Position numbers and translations under genes: made by a program
Notes under the pieces: generated by a model
Databases searched by the model: none
What the model was told of the DNA's origin: nothing
What the model saw: the letters and a program-made list of their open reading frames with translations, nothing else
Assembly: GCA_040289905.1 (NCBI GenBank)
Contig: PSMA01000012.1
Coordinates: 374-64,373, forward strand
Direction of reading: 5' to 3'
Source of the DNA: Blastocatellia bacterium
GTDB lineage: Bacteria > Acidobacteriota > Blastocatellia > Pyrinomonadales > Pyrinomonadaceae
Length of the DNA: 64,000 nt
Shown here: positions 38,497 through 48,541 of the stretch, piece after piece
How positions within the stretch are numbered: position 1 is the first letter of the stretch
Layout of the letters: every line of letters begins with the position of its first letter

Positions 38497-39210
38497 TTGC
38501 CAATCTTCTCAAATTCTGCAATGCTTGCGGCAAGAAAACCTAGATTTACGACAGGCCGAAAACGGTTCGGTAAACGGCTAACAGTTTGTATGAAGCGCGA
38601 AATTCCCCCGACTCGATTCGTATTGTCGCCTTTGCCTCCCGATTCAACTTTATTAGATACACGATATTTCGATGGGATCTCAGACACAGGTAATCAGGTA
38701 ATCGTCTTTACAATAGCAGATGTGAGCCCCGGATCCGATTTTGAGACTTTTTCGAGCGGAAGTTTTCGGGCGATTGCAGATTTTTCGTTTTTTACTGGTG
38801 CAAATCGCGTATTTCGCGCCGGATGCGCGGCACAAATTTGTCCCGAGGGCAAAGCCGACCAGCCGGCAACCTGCATCCTCGAACTTCCTGCTGCAAGCTA
38901 CGGCGTCGGATACCTATTGAGATGTCGGCTACCGATGGAAAGCGGCGGGGAGATTTTCGCCGAGCTGGAATGGCTTTTCGTCCCGGCCTCTTCGCTTGCG
39001 TCTGCAGAAGTGAAGACGAAATCGAGCAGAAAGGTTCTTGCCGCCAGGGCGGACGTTTCAGGCCACATCTCGGTATTGAGTCTTAAAAACCGCGTCGAGG
39101 AGGTTGTTCATTTTCGGGGCACTGGTTACAGTGACCTCCGTGGTATCGCGGATCTGTCTGGTGTATCGTCTAATCATGGCATTTGGGCTCGGGCGCATTT
39201 CGCGGATTGA
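38497..39210 (+). CDS. Hypothetical protein, possibly the N-terminal part of a two-barrel AttH/CrtC-like protein
   Basis: The ORF is 237 aa and the likely start is ATG 38590 (MKREIPP). It ends FRGTGYSDLRG...HGIWARAHFAD followed by TGA. The family guess is weak. Confidence 0.35.
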   Translation: MPIFSNSAMLAARKPRFTTGRKRFGKRLTVCMKREIPPTRFVLSPLPPDSTLLDTRYFDGISDTGNQVIVFTIADVSPGSDFETFSSGSFRAIADFSFFTGANRVFRAGCAAQICPEGKADQPATCILELPAASYGVGYLLRCRLPMESGGEIFAELEWLFVPASSLASAEVKTKSSRKVLAARADVSGHISVLSLKNRVEEVVHFRGTGYSDLRGIADLSGVSSNHGIWARAHFAD

Positions 39211-39213
39211 AAG

Positions 39214-39549
39214 ATGATTTTGGACACTGTTGCTGCCGCAAATGCGAATCTTGAGGCGGAGCTGTTCATAACCGATGAGTCAGAAGGTAACTGCGTGCGA
39301 TTGCCTGCGCGGGCATCTATGAAATTTCCGCGTTTCGGCTTCGGTCGTCGTTTTAAAATACTCGTGGATGCGGCGGAGCATTCGCTCGAACTTACCACCG
39401 TAAAACTGCTGCGAGACGGTCCTAGTAGCAGACTCTTTTTATGCGAATCGAGGATTCGTGCAGAAGGACAGCGCCGCGGATATGCAATCTGTGAGATTCC
39501 TACCAGTTTTTCAATCTTACCGTCGCTTCGAAATGTTTTCCGAAGGTAG
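39214..39549 (+). CDS. Hypothetical protein in the same frame as the preceding ORF, separated by TGA-AAG
   Basis: 111 aa. Its start lies 3 nt after the upstream TGA in the identical frame, and there is no obvious SD. Confidence 0.3.
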   Translation: MILDTVAAANANLEAELFITDESEGNCVRLPARASMKFPRFGFGRRFKILVDAAEHSLELTTVKLLRDGPSSRLFLCESRIRAEGQRRGYAICEIPTSFSILPSLRNVFRR

Positions 39550-39615
39550 TAGTAGCGAAGTTGTCGGCTGAAAAATCACGCGAAACTGCCCGTTCATTTA
39601 GTGCCGGTGACCGCG

Positions 39616-39939
39616 TTATTTCAGTTTGACCGCGGTTCCGTAGGCTAAGACCTCAGTTGCGCCTTGCATAAACTCGGTTGCATCGTACCGGAACGCAATA
39701 ACCGCGTCTGCCCCGATTTCACGTGCATGGAGAATCATCAAGTTAGACGCATCAAGCCGAGCCTTTTCGCAAACCTGTGCGAATTTCGAGATGTTACCGC
39801 CAGCGATTGACTTGATACCGCCGATTATGCCGCGGCCGATGCCCGTCGCAGGAACGACGACCCCACGGACGATGCCGAGATATTCGATAATCTCACGGCC
39901 CTCGACGGAATTTCCCGTAGTGACGATCAAATTCTGCAT
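39616..39939 (-). CDS. YbjQ/UPF0145 family protein
   Basis: The likely start is MQNLIVTTGNSVEGREI (ATG 39939). The family-typical end is GADAVIAFRYD...AYGTAVKL. Confidence 0.75.
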   Translation of the reverse strand: MQNLIVTTGNSVEGREIIEYLGIVRGVVVPATGIGRGIIGGIKSIAGGNISKFAQVCEKARLDASNLMILHAREIGADAVIAFRYDATEFMQGATEVLAYGTAVKLK

Positions 39940-40124
39940 AAGTTTTGCCAACAATGAATATCTTCGTAAATCACAGTCGGGAATATTGAAGTTCGCAAAG
40001 GGGTCCAAGATCCGACCGATGGAGTCCGGCCGTCGCAGGGAATCGCGCCGAAACTGGTTTGCTTGATTTATACTGACGAGGTTTCTAAACTAGGTGTTTC
40101 GGCGCCTGGACGCCCTTTTGCGCT

Positions 40125-43001
40125 ATGACACACAATCTTTTCAATACGCGGAAAACGTTCGCCACCGGAAAAGGCTCCGACGGCGTCTTTTATTCGCTGC
40201 CCCAACTCGAAGCCGAGGGTATCGGCCGGATTTCCCGATTGCCGGTTTCGATTCGCATCGTGCTCGAATCCGTGCTGCGCAATTACGACGGCGGGACGAA
40301 AATTTCTGAGGAGAATGTTCGCTCGCTGGCAAACTGGAAGCCAAACGAGCCGCGAACGCAGGAAATTCCGTTTGTCGTTGCGCGCGTCGTGCTGCAGGAC
40401 TTCACTGGCGTTCCTCTCCTCGTTGACCTCGCAGCGATGCGCTCGGCCGCGGCGCGTACGGGGAAAGATGTTAGGCTCATCGAGCCGTTAGTGCCGGTTG
40501 ATCTTGTCGTAGATCACTCGGTACAAGTCGATTTTTTCGGAACCGAGGATGCGTTCAAGCGCAATATCGAAATCGAGTTTCGTCGAAACGAACAGCGCTA
40601 CAGGTTTTTAAAGTGGGGCACTCAAGCGTTTAACGGTTTTAACGTGATTCCGCCCGGAATCGGCATCGTTCATCAGGTGAACCTAGAATATCTTGCAAAA
40701 GGCGTCTTTGAACGTGACGGCGTTTTCTTCCCAGATACGCTCGTCGGAACGGATTCACATACCACGATGATTAACGGTCTCGGTATCGTTGGTTGGGGCG
40801 TCGGCGGTATCGAGGCAGAGGCGGGAATGCTTGGTCAGCCGGTATATTTTCTGACGCCGGATGTCGTAGGTGTTCACCTAAAGGGCGAATTGCCGGCCGG
40901 TGCTACTGCCACCGATTTAGTTTTACGGATTACTGAAATACTGAGGTCGGCTAAAGTTGTTGGAAAATTCGTCGAGTTTTTCGGCTCCGGTGCGACCGCA
41001 TTGAACGCAACCGATCGGGCCACGATTGCCAATATGGCGCCGGAATACGGCGCAACGATGGGCTATTTCGGTATTGACGAAAAAACTCTCGAATATTTTA
41101 GAGCAACCGGCCGGACTGACGAGCAAATTGAGACAATTCGAAACTACTTTACGGCTCAGGGGTTTTTTGGAATCCCTCGCCAAGGCGAGGTCGATTATTC
41201 GCAAGTAATTGAGTTAGACCTTGCAACAATTTCACCGTCCGTGGCGGGCCCAAAGCGGCCCCAAGACCGGATCGAGCTTGGACAACTAGACGATAAATTT
41301 AAGGAACTCTTTTCTCTACCCGTAACCGAGGGTGGTTACGGTAAATTACCAGAAACGCTGAAGGCCCGCTACGAAGTTGAACTTTGCGGCGAAACCGACA
41401 TGGTGCCGGCCGGCGGCGGGCTTCAGGACCCAAGAAGTGTTCCGCTGCCAGTTCTGAACGATTCGACCGCAGCTAACACAAGCGTTCGGTCAGAACTTGA
41501 AATGATCAATAATCGGCCGACGCCCGATCCGATTGAGCCCAGCAACGAGCATTGCAGACCAGCTAAGATTTCGGTCGGAAACGGTGACGTCCTGATCGCC
41601 GCAATAACTTCCTGTACTAACACATCAAACCCATCCGTAATGCTTGCGGCCGGAATCGTCGCAAAAAAGGCTGTCGAGCGGGGGCTACGTGTTCCGCGCT
41701 ACGTCAAGACTTCGCTCGCCCCGGGCTCGCGGGTCGTGACGGAATATCTCGAAAAGACCGGCCTTCAAAAATACCTGGACACGATCGGGTTTAACTTAGT
41801 CGGGTATGGATGTACCACGTGTATCGGAAACTCGGGGCCACTGGACCCAGGAATTGAAGAAGCAATCGTTAACCATGATCTCATCTGCGCATCAGTTTTG
41901 TCCGGTAACCGCAACTTTGAAGCTCGCGTACATCAAAATATTCGTGCCAACTTCCTCATGTCGCCACCGCTAGTCGTCGCATTTGCATTAGCTGGCACGG
42001 TTCTAAAAGACATCGAGAAGGAACCGATCGGATGCGACAAAGATGGAAATCCGGTCTATCTTCGGGATATTTGGGCAACGCTCGACGAAGTCCGGGAAAT
42101 GCTCGCAAACGCATTTGATCCGGAGACGTATCGTCGGCTTTATAAGAATTTCGCCGAGCAAAATCCACTCTGGAATGATATTAAATCCAGTATTGGAAAG
42201 ATTTACGAATGGGATCCGGATTCCACTTATATCCAAGAGCCACCATTTTTTGCTGATTTTTCGATGGAAGTCGGGACGTTTTCCGACTTTCTTGGCGCCA
42301 GAGCTTTGGCGATATTCGGTGATTCCGTAACAACCGATCACATATCGCCCGCTGGTGCGATAAAGCCGGATTCGCCGGCAGGCAAGTATTTGCAGGAGTT
42401 GGGCGTCGATCCAAAGGATTTTAATTCATACGGCTCGCGCCGAGGCAACGATCGGGTAATGCTCCGCGGAACATTTGCAAACGTGCGGATCAAAAATCGG
42501 ATGATAGCCCCGATGGAAGGCGGGTTTACGAAGCATTGGCCTGACGGCGAGGTTATGACGATCTACGACGCGGCTATGAAATACCGTGATGAGAATACGC
42601 CGCTCGTAATCTTTGCTGGACAAGAATATGGCACCGGCAGTTCGCGTGACTGGGCGGCGAAGGGAACTCGACTGTTGGGAGTAAAAGCGGTAATCGCCCA
42701 ATCATTCGAGCGGATCCATCGCTCAAATTTAGTGGGAATGGGCGTCTTGCCACTCCAATTCGAGGAGGGCGAATCCACTGATTCGCTGAAAATCGACGGC
42801 AGCGAAATATTCGATATTAAGGGGCTGGAAAACCGCGAAGTTGTTCCAATGCAGGATGTTACATTGCTGCTCCATCGACAAAACGGCAAAACCGACGAAG
42901 CACGCGTAAAATTGAGGATAGATACGCCCATAGAAATCGAGTATTATAAGAATGGCGGCATCCTGCCCTATGTTCTCCGGCAGTTGGTGGGGCGACATTG
43001 A
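40125..43001 (+). CDS. acnA: Aconitate hydratase A
   Basis: 958 aa with [26 protein letters not shown] and [13 protein letters not shown]. Compared with E. coli AcnA as I remember it, the linker before IAAITSC carries roughly 55-60 extra residues. Confidence 0.9.
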   Translation: MTHNLFNTRKTFATGKGSDGVFYSLPQLEAEGIGRISRLPVSIRIVLESVLRNYDGGTKISEENVRSLANWKPNEPRTQEIPFVVARVVLQDFTGVPLLVDLAAMRSAAARTGKDVRLIEPLVPVDLVVDHSVQVDFFGTEDAFKRNIEIEFRRNEQRYRFLKWGTQAFNGFNVIPPGIGIVHQVNLEYLAKGVFERDGVFFPDTLVGTDSHTTMINGLGIVGWGVGGIEAEAGMLGQPVYFLTPDVVGVHLKGELPAGATATDLVLRITEILRSAKVVGKFVEFFGSGATALNATDRATIANMAPEYGATMGYFGIDEKTLEYFRATGRTDEQIETIRNYFTAQGFFGIPRQGEVDYSQVIELDLATISPSVAGPKRPQDRIELGQLDDKFKELFSLPVTEGGYGKLPETLKARYEVELCGETDMVPAGGGLQDPRSVPLPVLNDSTAANTSVRSELEMINNRPTPDPIEPSNEHCRPAKISVGNGDVLIAAITSCTNTSNPSVMLAAGIVAKKAVERGLRVPRYVKTSLAPGSRVVTEYLEKTGLQKYLDTIGFNLVGYGCTTCIGNSGPLDPGIEEAIVNHDLICASVLSGNRNFEARVHQNIRANFLMSPPLVVAFALAGTVLKDIEKEPIGCDKDGNPVYLRDIWATLDEVREMLANAFDPETYRRLYKNFAEQNPLWNDIKSSIGKIYEWDPDSTYIQEPPFFADFSMEVGTFSDFLGARALAIFGDSVTTDHISPAGAIKPDSPAGKYLQELGVDPKDFNSYGSRRGNDRVMLRGTFANVRIKNRMIAPMEGGFTKHWPDGEVMTIYDAAMKYRDENTPLVIFAGQEYGTGSSRDWAAKGTRLLGVKAVIAQSFERIHRSNLVGMGVLPLQFEEGESTDSLKIDGSEIFDIKGLENREVVPMQDVTLLLHRQNGKTDEARVKLRIDTPIEIEYYKNGGILPYVLRQLVGRH

Positions 43002-43020
43002 ATCAAAAGAAAATGTCGCC
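42991..43020 (+). other. 9-bp perfect hairpin spanning the acnA stop codon
   Basis: GGCGACATT (42991-42999) pairs with AATGTCGCC (43012-43020) around a 12-nt loop that contains the TGA. No U-run follows. Confidence 0.4.
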
Positions 43021-43252
43021 TTGGGGAACATTAGCTGTCCAGATTGGAATTACGAGCTTTGAGGAAGGCGGCTTTATCGACAACCTGCGGGAGTTGAAAA
43101 TACGAGCAAACAGTTGAATCCACTGCCGCCGGAACCGGCGAAAATTTAAAAGGATTTCCGTTCGCCGGTGCAAAAAACGATTTTTGTTCCGTCCGAGCAG
43201 CTTTAAGGTCAAACACGGACGGGACGCCTCACCCAGAAGGAGTTCATTAACC

Positions 43253-45901
43253 ATGGTCAAGGCGGCATCTGTTTTTCTCGTTTTCTCGATTGTTTTCTCA
43301 ACCGTCTTTCCCGTTGCGGGCCAGAAGGCCCGTAGGTCAAAAGTAGATCCGGATTCGGAGGTCGCTCCAAAGCTGATCGAGACCCGTTCGCCTCAACGGA
43401 AAAAGTCCCCTTCGCGTTTGCGGAAAACAGAATTTGGCACGATTGAGGCGTATTCGACCGGCGATGGAGCTCTCCTTCGTTGGAAGATGACGGCCGAGGT
43501 AGGGAACGCCGGCTTTGTTATCTTCCGAGTCGGTGCATTCGGCGAGCAGTCGATTTCCGATTTTATCCCAGGGGCATCGTTTCGCTACCCTAACCAGCCA
43601 ATTTATGGTGAAGACTACGTTTTTTTCGACGCTGGCGGCTCGCCCTCGGCTCTGTATTACATCGAAGCCCGCGCGGACAATGGAAAGACCCTCCGTTCAT
43701 CGATCGTTTCGGTCTTTAACGTAAAAAGCCTGCCACAGTTTGATAGCCCAAACCGATTTGACCAATCGCTTCTTTCACCGGACAGCACCGCAACAGTTAA
43801 AAAATTCGAACTTTCGTATCCGTTCGATCTCCGGCAGGAGATTGCAGCAACGGCCGTCGATCCAAATGAATCGCGCCATCGGGAAATAATTAGCCGACCC
43901 GGTACAGTCCGTATCGGGGCAAAAGGCTCTGGTATCGTGCGCGTCACACGTTCGCAACTGGAAGCCGCGGGATTTAACGTAAATTCGGATCCATCGCTTT
44001 GGCAGCTTTATCTTGATGGCGTCGAGCGGCCTTTGATTATTGGCCCTTCAGCTTCCTATATCGAGTTTCTCGGCAAAGAATTAGACACCGTTGAAAGCGA
44101 CATCAGAATGTATTATTTGACGGTTGGTGATCAATCGGGAAAGCGTTTTGCCAGCACGTTTTTGCGTCCCGCCGGCGGCGTGATAACCTCGCCGACATAT
44201 TCACAGACGTTTGAGTTTCGCGAGCGTACGATATACGCAAATCAGGTCATCAATGGCGACGAGGAAAACTTCTGGGGGCGCGTCGTCGGCTCGTCCGCTA
44301 CGACGCTGACATTTAACCTCTCCGGAATTGATCCAAATTCGGGCGACCGGCCATTGTTTATCTCTTTTATGGGTTATTCTTTGACGCCGCACAACATAAA
44401 TTTGGTACTAAACGGTAATCCATTGCCGCCGGTCACCGGGACCGGACGGCAGAGTATTTCGCGGGAGTACATTATTCCTGTTTCTTATCTCGTTGAGGGT
44501 ACCAACACGCTACAAATGGTCTCAAACGGGGCGTCGGGTGACCTGAGTCTCTTTGACCGGATACGTATCGACTTCCCACGTTATTTTAAGGCAATTTCAA
44601 ATCGGTTAGACTTTTACACGGATAATTACCGCGCGGCGCGGCTCTCGGGTTTTAGCTCGCCGAACATCCGCGTTTTTGACGTCACTAATGAAGCCAATGA
44701 GCGGATCGTTCAGAATTTGACGCCGGTGGAATCGGCTGGAACTTATGGCGTTACGATTCCACCAACTCGCGGCCGCCGGTATCTGGCTGTCGAAGCATCG
44801 CAGGTCGTAACTCCGCTGGAAGTTTCGGCCGTAAATCCAGCTTTGATTGGGACGCCGACGCAGGCCGCGCAATTCCTCGTTATCGCACATCGCAGCCTGC
44901 TGCAACCTGCCTCTAGCTGGGCCGCGTACCGTGCCTCGCAAGGGATCTCGACAAAGGTGATTGACGTTCAGGAAATTTTCGATGAATTTAATTTCGGAAC
45001 CTCGAGTTCGATTGCCATAAAAGCTTTTCTGGATTATGCGTTTCATAATTGGCAGGTTCCGCCGGCGTATGTCCTTTTGATTGGTGACGCATCTTACGAT
45101 CCGAAAAACTATACAAATAACGGATACTGGAATATGGTCCCGACGCGAATGGTGAATACGCTGTATTCCAAAACGGCAAGCGACGAGGCGCTGGCGGATT
45201 TCAATAACGATGGGCTCGCGGAAATTGCAATCGGCCGGATTGCCTCGCGCGACATCGCAGGCGTGACGAACGTTTTCAACAAAACCGTTACCTGGGAAAA
45301 CTCCCTTGGTCCGAATTCTATGAATCGCGGTGCCCTTTTTGCGTTCGATCAACCCGACGGATATGATTTTGAGGGAATGAGCGACCGAATTATGTCGTAT
45401 TTACCCTCGGGAATGCCGAAAATTAGAGCGCAGCGTGGCGTCCCGGACAACATCACTGCGCAGACAACCGTAATAAATGCGATCAATGCCGGGCAATACA
45501 TTCTCAATTACACGGGCCATGGAACTTCTGCTGCCTGGCGGGATACCGGTTTCCTATGGACCGGAAACGTACCGCAGCTCACAAATGCGTCACAGCCGTC
45601 GCTCATAACGGCTCTGACTTGCCTTAACGGCTATTTCATAATTCCGAATTCGACGGACAGTTTCGCCGAAGCGTTCACGAAGGCTTCAAATGGCGGCGGA
45701 GTTGCTATTTGGGCGTCAACCGGATTGACAACGCCGGACGTCCAGGAAGTGATGGCGACGCAGTTTTATATCCAGCTCAGCTTAGGCAACATCAATCGCC
45801 TCGGCGACCTGATAACGGACGCTAAGGCGCAGCTAAACACTGGCGGAGAAGTTCGCTATTCCTGGATACTTATCGGTGATCCGATGCTCCGACTTCATTG
45901 A
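43253..45901 (+). CDS. Secreted peptidase C25 (gingipain-like) family protein
   Basis: ATG 43253 has AAGGAG upstream and gives a signal peptide (the ORF track starts at 43184). C25 core features are LLIGDASYDPKNY, catalytic His in YTGHG and catalytic Cys in ALTCLNG. Confidence 0.75.
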   Translation: MVKAASVFLVFSIVFSTVFPVAGQKARRSKVDPDSEVAPKLIETRSPQRKKSPSRLRKTEFGTIEAYSTGDGALLRWKMTAEVGNAGFVIFRVGAFGEQSISDFIPGASFRYPNQPIYGEDYVFFDAGGSPSALYYIEARADNGKTLRSSIVSVFNVKSLPQFDSPNRFDQSLLSPDSTATVKKFELSYPFDLRQEIAATAVDPNESRHREIISRPGTVRIGAKGSGIVRVTRSQLEAAGFNVNSDPSLWQLYLDGVERPLIIGPSASYIEFLGKELDTVESDIRMYYLTVGDQSGKRFASTFLRPAGGVITSPTYSQTFEFRERTIYANQVINGDEENFWGRVVGSSATTLTFNLSGIDPNSGDRPLFISFMGYSLTPHNINLVLNGNPLPPVTGTGRQSISREYIIPVSYLVEGTNTLQMVSNGASGDLSLFDRIRIDFPRYFKAISNRLDFYTDNYRAARLSGFSSPNIRVFDVTNEANERIVQNLTPVESAGTYGVTIPPTRGRRYLAVEASQVVTPLEVSAVNPALIGTPTQAAQFLVIAHRSLLQPASSWAAYRASQGISTKVIDVQEIFDEFNFGTSSSIAIKAFLDYAFHNWQVPPAYVLLIGDASYDPKNYTNNGYWNMVPTRMVNTLYSKTASDEALADFNNDGLAEIAIGRIASRDIAGVTNVFNKTVTWENSLGPNSMNRGALFAFDQPDGYDFEGMSDRIMSYLPSGMPKIRAQRGVPDNITAQTTVINAINAGQYILNYTGHGTSAAWRDTGFLWTGNVPQLTNASQPSLITALTCLNGYFIIPNSTDSFAEAFTKASNGGGVAIWASTGLTTPDVQEVMATQFYIQLSLGNINRLGDLITDAKAQLNTGGEVRYSWILIGDPMLRLH

Positions 45902-45922
45902 GGTGTGAAATCATCTAAATGC

Positions 45923-45962
45923 AAAAGGCCGCCTCCTCTTTACTTTGGACGCGGCCTTTTTT
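45923..45962. terminator. Bidirectional intrinsic terminator candidate
   Basis: AAAAGGCCGC (45923-45932) pairs with GCGGCCTTTT (45951-45960) around an 18-nt loop. T-runs are present on both strands. It lies between the C25 gene and the tRNA. Confidence 0.55.
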
Positions 45963-45967
45963 ATTTC

Positions 45968-46043
45968 TGGTACTCGCGGCAGGAGTCGAACCTGCGACTT
46001 CTTCCTCCGGAGGGAAGCGCTCTATCCACTGAGCTACGCGAGC
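45968..46043 (-). tRNA. tRNA-Arg (anticodon CCG), CCA encoded
   Basis: The 76-nt reverse strand GCTCGCGTAGCTCAGTGGATAGAGCGCTTCCCTCCGGAGGAAGAAGTCGCAGGTTCGACTCCTGCCGCGAGTACCA folds into a cloverleaf. The anticodon loop is CTCCGGA and the T-loop is TTCGACT. The acceptor stem has a G1-U72 wobble. Confidence 0.85.
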
Positions 46044-46068
46044 AACTGTCAAAACGATAATAGCAGGA

Positions 46069-46695
46069 CTACTGTCGGGTTTCAATCCGAATGGTCTTCA
46101 CGCGAACTGGCTCAACAGGACGCTCGCCGTCCTTGGGCGAAACGCCCGCGATCGTTCGGACGTTGTTCATACCCTCGGTGACCTTGCCAAAAACCGTGTA
46201 ACGCGTATCGAAAGACGGTTCGCGTTTCAAGGTTATAAAAAATTGCGAGTTTGCGGAATTGGCATCCGGTCCGCGAGCCGCGCCAACAATTCCAACGTCG
46301 TAAGGGATGTCGGAGAATTCCGCCGAAACATTTGGCAGACCGGATTTGCCCGTGCCGTCATTTTCGGGATCATCATCTTTCGAAAGCGGATCGCCGCCCT
46401 GAATGACCGATTGATTGATCCGATGAAAGGTTGTACCGTCATAAAATCCAGATTTTGCTAAGGTTTTGAAACGCTCGACCATTTTTGGCGCGATATTAGA
46501 GTAGAGCTCTATCTTAATCGTACCGAAAGCTGCGTTGTTTTCCATCTCTACAACAGCTATCTCCTTGTCCGCTACCGGCTGAACATTTCGCTTGACCTCC
46601 GCATTCGAACCAGATCGATTAGCGACATTGCCTGGCTGGCAGGAGGTTGCGATCAAGGTAAGAATGAGCACGGAAAAGACTTTTGCTCGGTTCAT
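46069..46695 (-). CDS. Peptidyl-prolyl cis-trans isomerase (cyclophilin type), lipoprotein
   Basis: 208 aa with a lipobox (LIATSC) and a cyclophilin core (FHRINQSVIQGGDP, NSQFFITL). Confidence 0.85.
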   Translation of the reverse strand: MNRAKVFSVLILTLIATSCQPGNVANRSGSNAEVKRNVQPVADKEIAVVEMENNAAFGTIKIELYSNIAPKMVERFKTLAKSGFYDGTTFHRINQSVIQGGDPLSKDDDPENDGTGKSGLPNVSAEFSDIPYDVGIVGAARGPDANSANSQFFITLKREPSFDTRYTVFGKVTEGMNNVRTIAGVSPKDGERPVEPVRVKTIRIETRQ

Positions 46696-47147
46696 ACTCC
46701 AAATAGTTCCTCACTGTCTAAAATAATTGTAACCGGACCGTCGTTGATTGATTCGACGTCCATCATCGCACGGAACTGTCCTGTGGCTATCCGTCCGAGC
46801 CGCTCGCGGGCGGACTCGACGAAGTAATTGTAGATCTTCTCGGCCAAATCCGGCGGTGCTGCCGCGGTAAACGACGGTCGTCGGCCACGACGGCAATCTG
46901 CATAAAGCGTAAATTGCGAAACAACGAGCATTTCGCCGCCGGATTCGATCAAGCCACAATTCATCGCTCCGTTTTCATCGGCAAAAATACGCATCTCGAC
47001 GATCTTTGCGAGCATCCTCGCCGCAACAGTCTCGGTGTCAGTGGCGGAAATGCCGAGAAAAACGAGAAGCCCGCGGCCAATGCAACCGATAGATTCAGCA
47101 TTGACACGGACCTGGGCCGTTGAAACTCGCTGAACAACAGCACGCAT
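46692..47147 (-). CDS. dtd: D-aminoacyl-tRNA deacylase
   Basis: 151 aa with MRAVVQRV, LVVSQFTLYAD and GPVTIILDS. Confidence 0.9.
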   Translation of the reverse strand: MRAVVQRVSTAQVRVNAESIGCIGRGLLVFLGISATDTETVAARMLAKIVEMRIFADENGAMNCGLIESGGEMLVVSQFTLYADCRRGRRPSFTAAAPPDLAEKIYNYFVESARERLGRIATGQFRAMMDVESINDGPVTIILDSEELFGV

Positions 47148-47641
47148 TAGGCGGCAAGTTCTTCGACGTAAACGCGGTTCATAACGACCGGTTCAAGTGG
47201 TTTGTCGTTGGCGCTCGTCGGAACGTTGGCTATCGCGTCAACGACGTCCTGTCCATCGATGAGCCGACCGAATTTGGTGTAGTTCGGCGGCAGCGGATAG
47301 TCGACGTGCATTATAAAAAACTGTGAACCATTTGTGTTCGGGCCCGCGTTTGCCATTGCGACAGTACCTTTTTCATAAACGCCCGAATAAAGGGGCGAGT
47401 TGCGGTCTATCTCGTCTTCGAATCGTCCGCCCCAGGCCGATTCGCCGCCGTAGCCCTCCCCAAAAGGATCCCCGCCTTGAATCATGAAGTTTTTAATAAC
47501 GCGGTGAAAAATAACGCCATCGTAATAGTTTCGCTCTGCCAGAAGCCGAAAATTCTCCGTGGTTTTTGGGGCTTCGGATTCTAGAAGTTCGAATTTTATC
47601 GTTCCTTTGTTCGTTTCTATGACTGCAATTCTGTTTGCCAC
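47147..47641 (-). CDS. Peptidyl-prolyl cis-trans isomerase (cyclophilin type), cytoplasmic
   Basis: 164 aa with a GTG start, FHRVIKNFMIQGGDP and GSQFFIM. Confidence 0.85.
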   Translation of the reverse strand: MANRIAVIETNKGTIKFELLESEAPKTTENFRLLAERNYYDGVIFHRVIKNFMIQGGDPFGEGYGGESAWGGRFEDEIDRNSPLYSGVYEKGTVAMANAGPNTNGSQFFIMHVDYPLPPNYTKFGRLIDGQDVVDAIANVPTSANDKPLEPVVMNRVYVEELAA

Positions 47642-47659
47642 CGATTTCTCCTAATTCCT

Positions 47660-48520
47660 TCAATCCAGAATAAATTTTTTTATCGCGGCCGCAACTCCGC
47701 CTTCATCGTTATTAACTGTTTTAAAGAATTCCTGCCGCGCAAGCAAATCTCTATCTGCATTTCCCATTACAACGGGCGTTGCGGCATATTCAAGCATTGC
47801 GAGATCGTTAAAGTTGTCACCAATCGCCATCACTGATTCGCTGCCAAAACCGTTGATTGCGGCAATCGCTGCGATACCCGTCGCTTTTGAGGTAGCGGGT
47901 GGGAGAATATCGATCAAGGTAAAATCCAAATGCGGATAAATCGTCGGAAGAATTGAAACCGTGTCTTTCAGTTCCGCCTGAAGGAAATCGAGCATTTGGC
48001 GCATCGGGTCACAGGCGCCGGAAAAAGAGATGTGGATAATTTCGTGATCGCACAACGAGCTTTCGAGCTCTGCGACGTGGATAACTGCTTCGGCCGCATC
48101 ATCGCCGTGCAATCGCTCGGACCACTCAAGATAACGCCGGAGTGGCAGATTAGCCTCAGAAACCGTGTCATAGAGCAATGAACCCTTTCCGTGCGGATCG
48201 GCGCTGACGAGTGCGTTCCCGCCGAGCTCTTTGCCGACCCGAACGATTTCTCTTGTCGTCTCGGTATCGAGCAAGGAGGCAAAAACGGTTTTCAGGCTCT
48301 CGGCATATTTCACCAAAGCGCCATTATGCGTAACCAGCGGCGCATTAAGCCCAAGTTCAAGTGCTGGCGGACGAGCGTCGCGAAATCTTCGGCCGGTCGC
48401 GATGGTAACGAACACTCCGCGACTTTCCGCTTCGCGAATCGCTGCGATATTCTCTGCGGAAATATTCCCGCACGAATCAAGTAAAGTACCGTCGAGATCG
48501 ATAGCAAGTAGCTTTATCAT
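47660..48520 (-). CDS. Cof-type HAD-IIB family hydrolase
   Basis: 286 aa with the motifs LLAIDLDGTLLD and GDNFNDLAML. Confidence 0.8.
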   Translation of the reverse strand: MIKLLAIDLDGTLLDSCGNISAENIAAIREAESRGVFVTIATGRRFRDARPPALELGLNAPLVTHNGALVKYAESLKTVFASLLDTETTREIVRVGKELGGNALVSADPHGKGSLLYDTVSEANLPLRRYLEWSERLHGDDAAEAVIHVAELESSLCDHEIIHISFSGACDPMRQMLDFLQAELKDTVSILPTIYPHLDFTLIDILPPATSKATGIAAIAAINGFGSESVMAIGDNFNDLAMLEYAATPVVMGNADRDLLARQEFFKTVNNDEGGVAAAIKKFILD

Positions 48521-48541
48521 CTGAGGTTACGTTAGTGGACG

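Noticed and set aside
39208-39210. The in-frame TGA between the two same-frame ORFs read as a selenocysteine codon.
   Set aside because: The only downstream stem (GCTGCCGC...GCGGAGC, about 23 nt after the TGA) has a 16-nt loop and does not resemble a bacterial SECIS. No sel genes are in the window. The Gpx gene here uses Cys (TGC). A nonsense mutation or two coupled genes is more likely.
45945-46181. A 78-aa plus-strand ORF overlapping the tRNA-Arg locus.
   Set aside because: It is explained by the tRNA gene on the opposite strand and the 3' end of the cyclophilin gene. It has no coding features.
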